A DNA stretch of 57,511 nt, the filler included, from Jimgerdemannia flammicorona (lineage: Eukaryota): assembly GCA_003990765.1 (NCBI GenBank). It is 3 parts of 3 records of this genome, joined end to end, with 100 filler letters (N's around TTAATTAATTAA, not from the genome) between each part and the next. Parts side by side here need not be neighbours in the genome. Positions count along the whole stretch, not along the records: positions 1 to 19,110 come from RBNJ01002029.1; 2 more parts are not named here. One strand, 5' to 3'. A program made the translations under genes and the position numbers. The notes below the pieces were generated by a model. The model did not search any database and was not told the DNA's origin. It saw only the letters and a program-made list of their open reading frames with translations. Of this stretch, positions 1-13,440 are shown piece after piece. Within the stretch, counting starts at the first letter, position 1. Every line of letters starts with the position of its first letter.

Positions 1-2190
1 CCCCATTCCTTAGTCCAATCCTATAAATCCACATCTGCATCATACCGAACATCCTGTAACAAGAAGAGGTCCGCCTCCAGACCCCAAAGCCAACCAAAGA
101 TGTACTTCCTCCTAGCCGCCCCCCGTAACCCATTAACGTTCAATGAGAATATCCTAGTTATACTGTTCATATTGAATAGACATTGTAGAAGAGACCCCAA
201 TCTATAATTCCATGCTCATCTCATCCCTCGCTAAGTCCAAGAGCCGCTCAGCTTCCAATTCACTCTCTACAATATCCCGAGCATCCAGTGCCCCCAAGAT
301 CTCCTGACACTCCACCCTGTCTACCTCCTCCATATCTGCTCTGTAATCCAAGCAGACTGCATGCCACTTCTCTAGTCCCTTCCTCAAGTTCCACAAGACA
401 AGTGCCCTGGCACTCACAATCCTTCTAAGCTCATCCTCTCGCTGATCATCAACCTAATACTCAACAGACTCCAGGAGGACAGCCAGGATCTCATTCCTCA
501 TCTTCCTCGGCACCTCTTCCCCACGTAGAATCTCCTCCCAATGCCTCTCCTCCATCACCCTGAAGTCCTCACCCCCCAGCTCTTCAGCTGCTACCCCTTC
601 CAGGGTCTTCCACATCCACTTCTCCTTATCTACCGCCTCCACCGCCCCCTGAGCAATTTGTCCCCCATCTACCTTGGGGTCCACCAGCATGCTCCTCCTC
701 ACTGACTCATCTCACTCCTTATCCAGTACATCCATCAGCTCCTCCTCGCCTCCTGCCCCATTCGGAACACTATACTGAGGGTGCCCACCTTTGCCCATTT
801 CAGCATCCATCTCCAAGTTATCCTCCCTCCCCTCCCTGACTCCAATCTGAGCCCCACCCTGGGCCATCTCTCCCCCTTCAGCCCAGGCACTCTCCTGCAA
901 CCCTGCAGTCCCCTCCCTGGAGCTTCCACCAGCCCTACCCCCACCCAACTTCGCCAACAATTCCTTCTAAATTCTCCTCCCCTGCATCTTCTCCCAGGCC
1001 CTCTTCTCCATCTGAACCCTCTTCCCATCCACCTCCCCCACCACCGTCCTGGCCTCAAACTCCTTCCAGGCTAATCTCCTCCTCGCAACTGCCCCTTCCA
1101 GGTCCTCCAGAGCCTCCAACAGATCATCCTCCTCCTCCTGAGTCCCCTTCACCCTAGTGACCTTACACTCCACTGGTCTCCACCTCAGCGTTGCTGGCCA
1201 GTCCCTCGACTTCCCTGTATTCTCCTTTCCAGCCAGTCTCACCCTGACATTGACATCTCCAGTTCTAAGCTCTGTGCCCTCCCAGACCTTGAACCCAACA
1301 TCCACAATCTCACCATACTCCTTGATCACCTCTACAACCAACTCCCTGGTCCTTTCCTTCGACACCATAGGAAGGTCCAACACCATCAACTATATCACCT
1401 GGGGGTCCCAGTGCATACACCAGGCCATAGGGACCACAACTCTACCAACTATCACCCCCTTCTCCATGGCTGCCAACAAGGTGTCTTCCTCCTCAAACCC
1501 CACCTCAACCCCTTCCTTTCCCCTCAAGAACTTCACCAACGCTGCTCCCTTAGCCTCCTGTGCCACCAGCCCCAAAATCATCCTCACCATCACTGCCAAG
1601 CCCCAGAAGCACATCATGACTACGAATTCGGACCTCGACTTCTTGAGTAACGGGGCCGACACCATGCCTGTCACCCCATTCCCAGGTCCCCGGGCCTCAT
1701 ACCCACTCCAAGTCCCGAATTGCCAACTGCCATCACATCTGGATTTTTTGCCAGATCCCCAGTCACAGTCCCATTAACAGTCACATCTCCAGCCCCTACT
1801 CCGGCCCCTTCTCTCCACCCAAAGTACCCTGGGGTGCACCTCCCTGACCCCCAGCAGTAGCCATCGATGCCTTCCCCAGGCCCAGCCAACCATCTAGCCC
1901 AGAAGCCATCTTCCCCATTCTGACCTTGTCAACAAAGGTTGACCTCTCCCCTCCTCTCTGCCTCAGACCTCCCCTTCCTCCGCTGCCAGGGCCTCGGCTA
2001 GCCATCGAGGCCCATGGCATCCCCAAACCATCTCCCCTCCTCCCCACCTGCTGCCAGCCAAAGGCACCGTCACCCCCCTGGCCAGTACGCTCACCAGATC
2101 AATGGATGCCATCCATGTTGTTAGTCATCAGACACCAAAAACGTTGTAAAAAGTGTTGTCTGAGTCTTGTGTCACCCGAATGTTACTGGT
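1..2190 (-). mobile_element. L1/Tx1-like LINE, 5' part (decayed ORF1 and start of ORF2), truncated by contig start
   Basis: ORF1 fragments (967-1389, 1390-1674) match those at 32301-33413 and 42283-43602 (FWGLAVM.R, EGVEVGFEE, WDP.V). ORF2 starts at 170 on the minus strand with MNSITRIFSLNVNGLRG, the typical APE endonuclease N-terminus. Confidence 0.85.
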
Positions 2191-2196
2191 GAAAGT

Positions 2197-2294
2197 GAGT
2201 TCACGCGTTTATGTCAACATCCTTTGAGTCCACACGTTCATGTCAACATTCTTCGAGTTCACGCGTTCGCGTCAACATCTTTCGAGGCCACGCG
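2197..2294. repeat. Tandem repeat, ~3.4 copies of a 29-bp unit (GAGTTCACGCGTTYRYGTCAACATYYTTY)
   Basis: Units start at 2197, 2226, 2255 and 2284; no spacers between them. Confidence 0.9.
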
Positions 2295-3633
2295 ATACCT
2301 CGCCTAATGAGGTGGAGGGGATAGCGACGTTATAACTGCGCAGTTCAACTGTCCTTGTCTTTGACATCCACAGGAAATACCCAGTACTCGACAACCGTTT
2401 TCAGGTCGGCGCCAGCTGCTACAAGGGTCTTTGTAGCCGGTGGAAGCGTATATGTCGGTCGGGACGCCAAAGTTAATAAGGTCAGTCAGAGCCATAACTA
2501 CCCACCGTCATCTTTCCGGATTTCCACTCACCCTCGAATTGTTTGTGGGATTTTATTATAATGGAAATGTAGAGACCGCCTGCTTTGACGCCTACCTGGT
2601 CACAAACTATCTGCCTAAGGATTCATCACACTCCAGGCTTCACGCCTCTTTCGGTGGACCTGATGCAAGGTACGTTCGCCAGCTCAGCTGTCAAGTTTGG
2701 TTATAGTGGTGTGGCATGGGACTGCTTCGTTTATGTGCCGACATGTCACCATGTCTCCCTCCCGCTCTCTCTGAACTAGGCAAGTGCGTGGACACCTCCA
2801 TGTGGCCTTGTGCTCGCCTTGGGCTTAAGAACAGCCCCATCTCGGCCAAGGAGCTGGTCGACCTTGTTGTGAGGGTGGGGCTTGCAGTGTTGGGCGGGAG
2901 GAGGTGGAGTTACGGCTTTGTGGTCGGTCCGAGCGCTTAACAAATTCGGATCTGGGATATATGTTTTGTGACCTCACTTTTGCCGTTTAGTTCAAAATAC
3001 AGGGCGTACTCTATCATGTAAGCTCTACCATAATTTTTGTTGCACTTGACAAAAGGGCTTGCTTCCCTCCTCAATTCTCTCGTTCCCTACCGCGCCCCTA
3101 GTTCCGCTCTTCTGCGACAACGTCTGCCACCCATGCAGTCTCCTCTCTCACATTATCCTTCTTCCTATATCTTTCCGTCCCCAAGTCAGCCCACGGCGCC
3201 CCGCCACTCTCGTCTGCCCCCTCGCTCTGCTTCCCTGCACGCGGCTGACCCATCGAGATCCACGAACACGGCCATCTTGCTGTTGTTGGACCTCCTCACG
3301 CATCCCATCGGTTCAGTGATGACGCCGGGATTCTGCGCTGCGAATTCGTTCATAGGCACCATCCACGTAGATGACGCAGAGGACTCGTGGCCAAGGATCG
3401 TGCGGCCAGATTCGAGCGGACGGGTCGGGTCAGCGATGGAGAAGTCGTCATGCTGTTGCAGAGCGCATTGTATAGCATAGGCTTTGAACTACTGTTGATG
3501 GGATTTGAGGCGCTCGAGGGGGGCGACGGAGCGCATGATGGCGAGGCACACGTATGTTTTGGAGGTTTTTCGACTATTGTGGCTGAACCGTAAACGGAAA
3601 TCATTGCAGCCTCACCACTACTAGTGTCGTCAT

Positions 3634-4100
3634 TCATGTATCAACATTGGCGACTAGCGCCCAACCCAGCACATCCGTTGCTGATGTCCGCAACAACAAT
3701 TCGCAGACCTTCGCCAATGGCAGTAGCACACATCTGTGTACCAGTTCCCGGAAGTCTTGTTTATGGAAATTATTTTTGATGATGTCGTTGTCTGTATCTA
3801 GAATAAATGAGTGAATGTAACCAAAAATATCCAATTAGTAACAAGTTCATAATTCATAAACATGATAATTATCCAATATCTTTACTTACTAGTCGAAATT
3901 CAATACTTCGCCAATGCTGAGTAGTTCCTCCTCAACAATTGTTCCACTTTTCAATTTCCACATATTTGTCTTGGGTATTTTATTATAGATATCTCGGATT
4001 TCCCACCTGTGTGCTTGAACCTATCCTTTTCTTTTTGAAGATTTTTGCTTCCACTGCTTCATATTCTGATTCATCTTCATGCTCTTGATATTCCTCCTGA
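3634..4100 (-). pseudogene. Fragment of an intron-containing hypothetical host gene
   Basis: Minus strand reads ..IYNKIPKTNMWKLKSGTIVEEELLSIGEVLNFD, then a GTAAGT intron donor, then HSFILDTDNDIIKNNF. It resembles a W.L.SG.VE...HSFI.D family I recall from Mucoromycota/Glomeromycotina (unverified). It is frameshifted. Confidence 0.4.
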
Positions 4101-4353
4101 GTTAAATAATTAATATATCAGAAATAATTTTTTATATATAACATAAAGCAATAAATAACAATAAGATACTGATATCTTCCAAATTATCATCATCTCTAGA
4201 TTGTTTGTCTTATAGTATATCATCAGTAGAGTCAGACTATCAGGACTATTCTCACTAGCACTGAGGTTATACTAGATGCTAACAACATTGATGTTGTTAA
4301 AAAGAATGGTGCTAAGGGCCTGCTCTTGTCAGTCTGTGAGTTCTTGCTTATCT

Positions 4354-4400
<47 letters not shown>

Positions 4401-7400
4401 CTGATCTAAGTATAAATGCTAAATAAAAAACCATTAAGAGTTAATAATATTTATTAATTTTAGCAGACCCCATATAAGTTTAAAGATCTATACCTATTCT
4501 GTCATCTCTACTCTCTATCTCAATACATATTACTGATTTATATTTTTAATGAAGAGAATATTATATATATCAACTTATAGTCTAATAGTACTTGTGCTTA
4601 CATCTTTTAATGATCTTTTTCTCCTTTTGTTATGGCCTCAAGTAATGTAAGATATGTCTTATTCTTGTCAGAAAGTAGTTTTTTTTTAATTCTTTAAGTG
4701 AGCTGAGGATCATCCAGTCTGTAGACTTTCTTTTATAAAAGATATCAATGCTTTTTTCTATAAAGTATAAGGAAGTAGATTAATATTAAAGAGTGAGTTA
4801 ATATTGAGAAGGGGGCTCTAGTATTGAGATTGATGATAGTATTATATTATTTGAATATATGAAGGATTTTTATATAGTAATAAGTCAGCTTAATAATTAG
4901 AATAGAAATATTACTAATAATAATTTCTTTATCTATTATAGCTGATGAACTGCTAAAGCCATAGATATATTATACAAAACTGGTACCAGTTCTAAAATTC
5001 TGTTATTTCAAGAAATACTTAATCATTATAGCCTTATATCTTATATCTTAATAATTACTTTTCTGAGAATATTATTATATAAAAAATCTCCTGATCATAT
5101 CTCTCAAGCTCAGTTGAAGTATGACATTACTGTCTGAATGTGAAAAGTATTTTAGAAAATAATTACAGAGATAGATAGCTTAAGAATTTAACCAGAGTAA
5201 AGTAATGACTAATTCTAGATCTTAAGGTAAGATATATAGAAGACTGAATAAACTTACATATATCATTTCAGATAGCTTAAGATAGTAGAAAGATATAGAG
5301 ACTTATTTTATAATCTCAAAGAGTCTAATAAATTTAAGTTGAAATTTATTTAACAGATAGTTAACTTGAGATTATATCTTGAGATTCTTAATAGACAAAA
5401 GGACTTAATTATTAATAGTATAGATAACATCATTATATTTATTATCAGTATACTTGGCTTGATACTATTAAACCTTCTAAAGATTCATAATAGTAATCTT
5501 AAGTAGTTTGTCCATCTTATCAATATAGTTCTTAATAGTAGAAACTTATGTTTGACTACTTTTCTAAAAGAGAGCTAGATTTGCAGAGATCTTAGAGTTT
5601 TAACAATAAAGTAGCTAAAAAGAAAAAAGATCAGTAGGTAATTAGACTATTTTATTATATGTATACAGATTCTATATAGATCAGATATTAGTCCTAATTA
5701 TCTTACTTATAAGAAATATAGTTTCTGAGTATCTATTCAATAGTTCTATTTATTGTAATATAATAGATGCATAACTATATAAGTATATTAGATTTCTGTA
5801 TTTTGAAAACTTGATCTTCTTTAACTCTGCAGAGTTCTTAGAATACAGTGGGTGAGTTCAAAGTATATCTGCCTACAGGCTTACTAGTTCTCTCACTTTC
5901 TCTTTACTTTGAACTATTTCAATCTAAAGTTTATTCACTCTAGATACTGGAGATATTTATATATACAAGTTTGCTAGCTATAGATGACTAAGTTATAACT
6001 ATGTTTCCAGTGAGTTATTTTCTATAAGTATAGATTCTCTATATCTTAGAATCTCTATAATTATAAGAATTCTATATCTATAAAATCTCTATACTTGTAA
6101 AGTTTCTATGCTTATAGAATGACTACTATTTGTAAGACTATACTATATTTAGAAATCAGATTCAGGTACTGTAATCAAATATCTATTCCTCTAATTCATA
6201 TTCCTAATTTGAATCAATCATTACAACTTCCTCCTAAATAAATAATTTATCTCTGAAATATCTTATTCACTTGAATTCTCAGGCTTTTATAATTTATATC
6301 TCTTTGTACTGTATAATTTGTATCATCATATTCTTCCAATAATATCTTCTGATTTAAGTAAAGTCTTCTGAGACTACTTTCTGAAAGTATGCTAAGGCTG
6401 GCTCACCATTCTTAAATAGCTTATATACTTGTTTGACAATAGTAATCTGAGTATGGGAGAGCTGGTACTCTCTAATCTAGCCTTTTTTTTCCTATCTCTG
6501 GCTATAAATTCAGTAGCTGACCCAACTTGATAGATGTGTCTATACTATACTTTAGATTCTATCAAAAGACTCTTCAATTGTAAGTGACTTGGTAATATAC
6601 CATTGTCTTTCTATGATTCATTGTATAGCACTAGTGATCTTGAGGGCTGTGGCTATACTTTATTGACTAGCTATGATACTTTTTAAGTTAATTTTGGTGA
6701 ATAGTAGTAGGGATGATAGTGTCTGAGAGTTTTTATAGTCAAAAGATAGTTCTTTTTATATCTTATACAAGGTAAGGTCTTTCCCACTTAGGCTCTAATT
6801 TTTGTGATCATGAAGCTTCTACTATGTTCTGACACATATATTAGGACTTTATTTCTTATCTTGATAATCTCTAGTGGCTTGTGAATATTTTCTACATTAT
6901 TCTATTATAGAGTTTGTATCTTTGTTATATAATCCTCAGCCTTCTTCCTGATTTAGTATAGTATCTATATCTCTGTATCTACATATTTTCATATATATAG
7001 TATCTCTATTAGATAATAGGGTTTCTTGAGAACTTTCTTCTCCATATAGCATTTCTTAAGAGATAAAATGGGGACTTTGTGATCAGATATCCCAGAGAGC
7101 AGATAATGCTATTAGCAGATAATAATTCTAGTTTTTATAGTTATTACAGATCTTAACAATGACATTCTTAAGAGTTTTGTTAGACCTTTCTATTTATTAA
7201 TTTTCTTGAGGATGATAAGCTATAGTTCAAATATACTATATCTTGTATTTCTTATAGAGGACCTTAAAGAACTGATTTATAAATTCTGTTCCTCTGTCTG
7301 TAGTTACTTGTATGGGGGTCTTGAATCAGCAGATATGTAATTTCTTTATAGAAGAAATCAGCTATTGACTATGCATTGGCTTCCTTGAGAGGTCTTGCTT

Positions 7401-7447
7401 CTATCTATTTTATAAAAAGATCTACAATAACAATGATATATCAGTTG

Positions 7448-7887
7448 TAGTACTCCCAATGAATCAAATTAAATTGAATTAAACCCAAATTCAATTCAAT
7501 TTGAAAACTTCAAATCGAATTGAGGCCCAATTCAATTCAATTCAAATCAAATCAAGGTCTAATTTGATTCAAATTTCAATTTGAATCTAAATTTTTAAAA
7601 TTCAATAACTTGATGAAAAAATATCCAAATTTAATGATCTTTGTTATACTGGATTCGCCTTATCAAGGTGAATCCAACAAGCTAAAATATATCAAATTTG
7701 GATATGTTTTTATAAAGTTATTGTATTTCAAAGTTTGACTTTCAATTTTGAATCAATCAGACCTCAATTCAATTTGAACAATTTAAATTAGATCCCAATT
7801 TGAATTGAAAAATCCCCAATTCGATTTGATTTGAATAACTCTCAATTCAATTCAATTCAAATTGATTTGATTCATTTGAGAGTACTA
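7448..7887. mobile_element. hAT-type MITE inserted in the integrase of element C
   Basis: Terminal inverted repeats TAGTACTCCCAATGAATCAAAT / ATTTGATTCATTTGAGAGTACTA. Perfect 8-bp TSD ATCAGTTG at 7440-7447 and 7888-7895. Subterminal (AATTC/GAATT)n repeats. Confidence 0.9.
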
Positions 7888-9829
7888 ATCAGTTGTCAGT
7901 CAAAGTCAGAGGTAGAGGGCTGATTATATCTATTGCTATATGGGCAAAGGGGACCAGTTCTATATGTACTGATCCTGGGATCTGATTTTGTTAGTCTTGT
8001 TTTTGTTTTTGGTATTTGTTACAGATTCTGACAAATTATCTGATATCTTCCTCTATTGCTGGCTACTACATTATTCTTCTTGCTTTATTATAGATATTTG
8101 TTCCTCCTAAATGACTAAGTTTATTTATTAATTTCATTACTTGCTCCTTCTTGTATTTGGGTATAACTAATAGCTCTCCTTTTTTCAATATTTCTTTATT
8201 AATTTCAAATTGTTTCTATGTCTTGTTGATAATTATTTATGTCTATTCTTCTAGATATTGTGGTATCTTTTGCTGTCTCAGATAGGTGATAATTCTATAG
8301 TAAAGCTCTCTATTTATAATTGATTTATTGGTTAGAGATTCTTTGGAGTATCTATGAGAGAGTATCTGTATTAACATTGGTTCTTCTAGAGTGATGCATA
8401 ATGATTATATCATATACTTGCAACTTTATAATCTATCTGACATAGATTTTTTTGGGTTGTCCAGTAGTCAGTAGTCAGATGAGAGCTGAATGGTCTGTCT
8501 GGATAGTAAAGTATCTTCCAGCAAGATAGTAGTAGAACTTTTCTATAGTCCAGATAACTGCAAGACATTTTAACTTGTAGGATTTATATTCTTTTTCAGC
8601 TCTGCAGGTTCCTTAATAAAGATATATAATAATATACTCTACTTTGTCTTTCTTCTAAACCAGAACTGCTCCTAGTCTTTATGCACTTATATCTATCTAT
8701 AAGATAAATTCTTAGATCCAATCAGGTCTTCTGAGGATGAGAGCTTAGATCAGTCTGATCTTGAGTTCATCAAATGCTTTTTGTTACCTACCAGTCTATT
8801 GAAACTTAATATCTTTCTTATTGAGTTCATAGATTTGATCTGTAATATTGGAGAATCCTTTGATAAATCTGTGATAATATGAGATAAGTCTCATGAAGGC
8901 TTGGGCTTTAGTAATAGTAGTGGGTCTTAGATATGCTGCTACTACTTATATCTTGAGGGGATCTATATATATTCCATCTCAGTTGATGATATGGCCAAGG
9001 TAGGAAATCTCAATTTCTACAAACTTATACTTCTTGGGCTTGATATATAGACCATAGTTCCTCAACTTCTCTATCATCTGTTAGATATACTATAGATGTT
9101 CTTCTGGTATCTTACTGATGATCACATCATCTATATAAACTATCATCTATCTTCCCATATTATAGCAGAAGATTTTATTCATTATTTGCTAGAAACTTAT
9201 TAGTATATTATACATTCTAAATAGAATTTACAGATAGATATAGATTCTATCTAGAGTAATAAAGACTGACTTTTCACTTACTGCTTCTGTAAGACTAATT
9301 TGGTAGAATCCTAAGTATATATAAGTCCAAGGTACTGTAATACTGTACTTTATCTCCTAGAGTTATAAGAATATTACTGATGAGAGGCAGTAGTTGGCAA
9401 TCCTTCTTGATAACTAGATTGAGCTTTCTGTAGTCAGTACAGAGTCTTGGGGCAAATTCTCCTGACTTGCTTTCTTTCTTTAGAGCTAGTATAACTGGTA
9501 AAGCCCAAGGACTGCTGGCTTCTTTAATGATACTAGTTTTTTCTATCTGTTTGATTTCTTCTCTGAGCCATTTATAGTAGACTGGTGAGATGGGTCTTAC
9601 TTTTTGATAAATTGGTTCAGTATCTCCTATATCTATATTATAATAGTAGTATGGGGTCTTTTCTTTAATATTCTTGAAGTCTGTGGTAAGGATATTCTTG
9701 AATTTATAAAATATCTTCCTGGGTTCTTTCTTAAGTAGAAATTCATTTCTAATAGTATAACTGTGCTTACTTATAGTTTTCTCCTTCTTATGGTCCAGTT
9801 AAGTGATCTTGGTGCTGGTGAATACTCTA

Positions 9830-10250
9830 CTTTCTGTAGATCCAAATTCTTTCCTTCCTCTCTCTGTTTCCTCCAACTTCTTAACTTCTATGATTTTTGC
9901 CAATAGAACTGAGAAGATCAACATCTGTGCTAGTCAGTCTTTCTTCTTGATTGTGAATAGAATTGTAGGGTTGTAGTTTTTAGCAATGAGTAGTATTTCT
10001 CTAATATAATCCAAATTAATAACTCTTTCTTCAATGATAATCTCACTCTTGGCCAAGCTACTTCTTAACTTGAGGATTCTAACATAGTCTTTTAGAATAG
10101 TCATCTCCAGACTAGTTGCAAGTAGAGTAGTTATCTGGGGCTTAAGTACAGTTTCTTCTACTATAGTAATATCTATTCTGACTATATTCTCTAACTTGTA
10201 TTCTGATAGAACTACATTAGGATAGATTTTCCAAATCTTGACCTTAATCT
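9830..10250 (-). pseudogene. Degenerate dUTPase domain of element C
   Basis: Aligns with 49390-49800. Remnants of motif II (RSSLAK), motif III and motif V (RG.K.FGST.) are readable. Confidence 0.7.
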
Positions 10251-10649
10251 CTTTGTCATCATTACTATTTTTCAGAAGGGCTGATGGTTCATCATCCTCT
10301 TCCTCCTCCTCTTCTCTTGCCTGTTTCTTGAAAGCCTTCTACCTTTTCTCATAGTAAATCTTCTTAATTGTACTAGTATACTAGTAGCAGTTATTAATAT
10401 ACTCCATGTAGTATATTTTGATCTCATGGGGGCAGACTTCTTGTAGTGTATATTCTTCTATAATTTTCTTATACCAGTTCTCTTTACTGATCCATTCAAC
10501 CTTTTTCTTCTTTTCTGAGTAGTCACTATATAGGCTTCTTCTTACTCACTTTCTTCTTCCATCTCAGAAAGTACTTCTTTATTGATATTGATAGAAATTT
10601 ATATCTTCTGTCTATAGTAGGTGATCTATATTTTCTGGACATCTAGATC

Positions 10650-13440
10650 AATTATCACTCTAGCTTTATAAAGCCCATTATTATATAGATATAGTCTATA
10701 AGTTTTTCACTCTTATATATAGCTGCTACTATGATATTATATATCTCAAAGAGATCTTATATAAGGGCCAGAATCTTGTCTTCATTACTAATATACTTTA
10801 CTAGCATACTTAGAGAATTCATCTAATTCACCATATTATCAATATAATTGGCATAGTCGTAAATACTCTTCTTAGATTTTATTTATAAATAGAACAGCTG
10901 AGATTTCAGATAAAATTAATTTAACAAGAATACTTATATATATAATGATTACATAGAGTCTCTCATATACTATAAACTATGAGAGAATCTAGTAAGCTAT
11001 CAGACTATAAGTATATTATCATAAGTCTTTTAAATGAGAAATTAAGGCTAGAAAGTAATAATAATGAAGATAATGAGAAAGTCTTCTATAGACTATATAA
11101 ATAAGGCAAAGGCAATAATAATAACAAATAGAAGTAAGATAAATAATGAGGTCAAAACCACTAATGAGAGAAATTTAATAGTAAATACTTCTACTATAAT
11201 AAATATAGATACTGTAAACAAGACTATAACTATAAGAAGAAGAAAAAGAGTGGTTAAGAATAATGGTAGACAAATATAGTAGATACTAACTAATAATAAT
11301 AGTAGCAGAGATCTATTCTTTATAGAGGTAGTAATCTACCTATATACAGAGGTAGATATAGAAGTAAATTTAGGAAATATTTTTACACTAATAAAAAATA
11401 CTCCAACTATTAGTTCTATAAATACTAGTTATAGATGAAGTTTTATTAGTTTTACCAGATTCATTAGTTTTAGCACCAATTTGACATCTATAAATCCTAA
11501 TTAGTAAAATATTTTTCAGATAGTAAAAAATAATAATATCAACACTAATAGCACCAGCACTAATATAAACTATATACTGAGTACTTATATATATAGTGAA
11601 GAAGTCTAACTTATAGATTTCAGTATAATATAATATATGATAGTATATGTACTATAATATATAAGAAATTCAAGTACTCTGTATCTATCAAACTAAATAA
11701 TAATAATGTCATCTACATATATCTAAGACAAAGGCAATGTTAGTATATATCTATATAGGAATATTAACAAATCTTCAGATACCTTCAGGGATATACTATA
11801 TATATTAGATATAGATAAGAACCTCTTCTTAATAGGCTGGATGATGGTTTAAGGAGACAGAGGAGTAAATATATACTTAAATAGTATAATAGTAATAAAA
11901 ATAAAGAATAATAAGGAGTTAATATATATATCAATAAAGGGGAATCTATGTATAATTGACAATATACTGAGTGATACATTATCTATATATTCTATAACTA
12001 TAACTAGAGAGGATCTCTAGTATATATAGTATGAATACTTTGGACATATCAGCAAGACAAGCCTGGAATAGATGATAAAGAGTAAATCTATATACAGATT
12101 ATCAGATAATATATATGCATATACCACTAGATTTTAGGTTTTATAATATATATATAGTAATAAGACTTCTTGGTGACCTTTTTAAAAATAGATAAAGTGA
12201 GTGACTAATATTTTCAACTTGATATATATATATAGATATCTACAGGTTTATATAAACTCTATATACTTTAAAAAGAGATATTTTATTATCTTTATTGATA
12301 ATTATACTCATAAATATTATATATACTTTCTTATATTAAAGAATGAGATATTTAAAAAATTCCAAGAATTTAAGACAATTATAGAGAATGAAATAAGATA
12401 TAAGATATGGATTCTATACTCAGATAATGATAAGAAATACATTAATAAAGTATTTAGATACTTCTTAAAGAAGTATAGTATCTAATACCCTATGATAGCT
12501 CTCTATATACTTCAGCAAAATGATATTGTGAAATACTTTAATCAAATGATAGTAGAGATAACTCAAATGAGAATAAATATAGCTAACTTACTATACTCCT
12601 TTTAGGTCAAAGTAGTAAATATAGTATTATATATCTGAAATTATTATATTTCTTAAATTTTAAGTAAGAGATCTAATAATAATCAACAATTTAGAAATAA
12701 TGCTGATCTTACCTCTGAAGAACTGTGGAGTAGATCTAAGTCTGATATCTTGCACCTATATATATTTAGAAATGAGGCTTATATTCTGGATAAGAGTAGT
12801 AATAAAGATAAGTTTGAGCCTAAGATAAATAAGTATATATTCTTTAGATATGACAGAATAGTATATAAACTATAAAACTCACAGAAATACTATATAATTA
12901 TCTTTTATAATGTTCAATTCAAGGAGACTAAGCAGGAAATTTATATAGAAATTCCTATCTCTATATCTAACCTAATAATATAGCTAGCAATATCTATACT
13001 AACTTCAAAGGTAAGTAGAATGACCTCTATATCTAAAATAGTGACTAAAATTCTGATAAAGATATCTCTAGTACCTATATCAGTATAAGTATAGTTTATA
13101 TATATATCAACAAGACTATCAGAGCCAAGAATTACAGAAATTACAAATAAGAATAATAAAGATAATATCTCTCTAAAGGGCAGAAAGAAGTACAGATCAA
13201 GACTGAATAGTGAAATTTAAGTAAATTTAGAAAATTAATGGGACCTATCTATAGTATCTCATTGTAATAATAAATAGTATGTGAACTATATCAGTACTTG
13301 TGAATACATCTATATAATAATGATAAATAGGTCTGCAACTTATAATGAGGCTATATTATTAATAAATAATAAATTATAGTAATGAGTAATAGATGAGAAG
13401 TATAGTTTACTTATCAAAAATAGTATCTGAGATTTAGTTT
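10650..13440 (+). mobile_element. Ty1/Copia relic (gag, pre-integrase, integrase, start of RT), extremely AT-mutated and truncated
   Basis: 12201-12485 reads KRYFIIFIDNYTHKYYIYFL..KNEIFKKFQEFKTIIENE...KIWILYSDN, a Copia integrase core. A FGHIS pre-integrase remnant lies at ~12040 and DE.YSLLIKNSI*DLV (RT start) at ~13390-13440. IN precedes RT. Confidence 0.85.

Larger units (their letters stand above)
4400..10650 (-). mobile_element. Heavily C-to-T/G-to-A mutated Ty3/Gypsy relic (element C), related to the element at 44781-53546; dUTPase-RT-RNaseH-IN remnants
   Basis: Colinear nucleotide similarity to element B, e.g. 9421-9510 vs 48980-49070 and 8700-8780 vs 48250-48340. Putative 3' LTR edge TTACA at 6221-6225 is followed by a polypyrimidine tract (PPT on the minus strand). 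The left boundary is uncertain. Confidence 0.8.

Noticed and set aside
1157..1777. Ser/Thr/Pro-rich ORFs antisense to the LINE and Gypsy genes (also 32480-34008, 41903-42646, 49079-49597, 50831-51434)
   Set aside because: Shadow frames of purine-skewed retroelement coding strands.
2197..2294. CRISPR-like 29-bp repeats
   Set aside because: Head-to-tail units with no spacers, no cas genes, and a eukaryotic context.
2300..3600. Host gene(s) in the CpG-rich tract
   Set aside because: Short overlapping plus-strand ORFs suggest a decayed gene, but I could not support any product or gene model.
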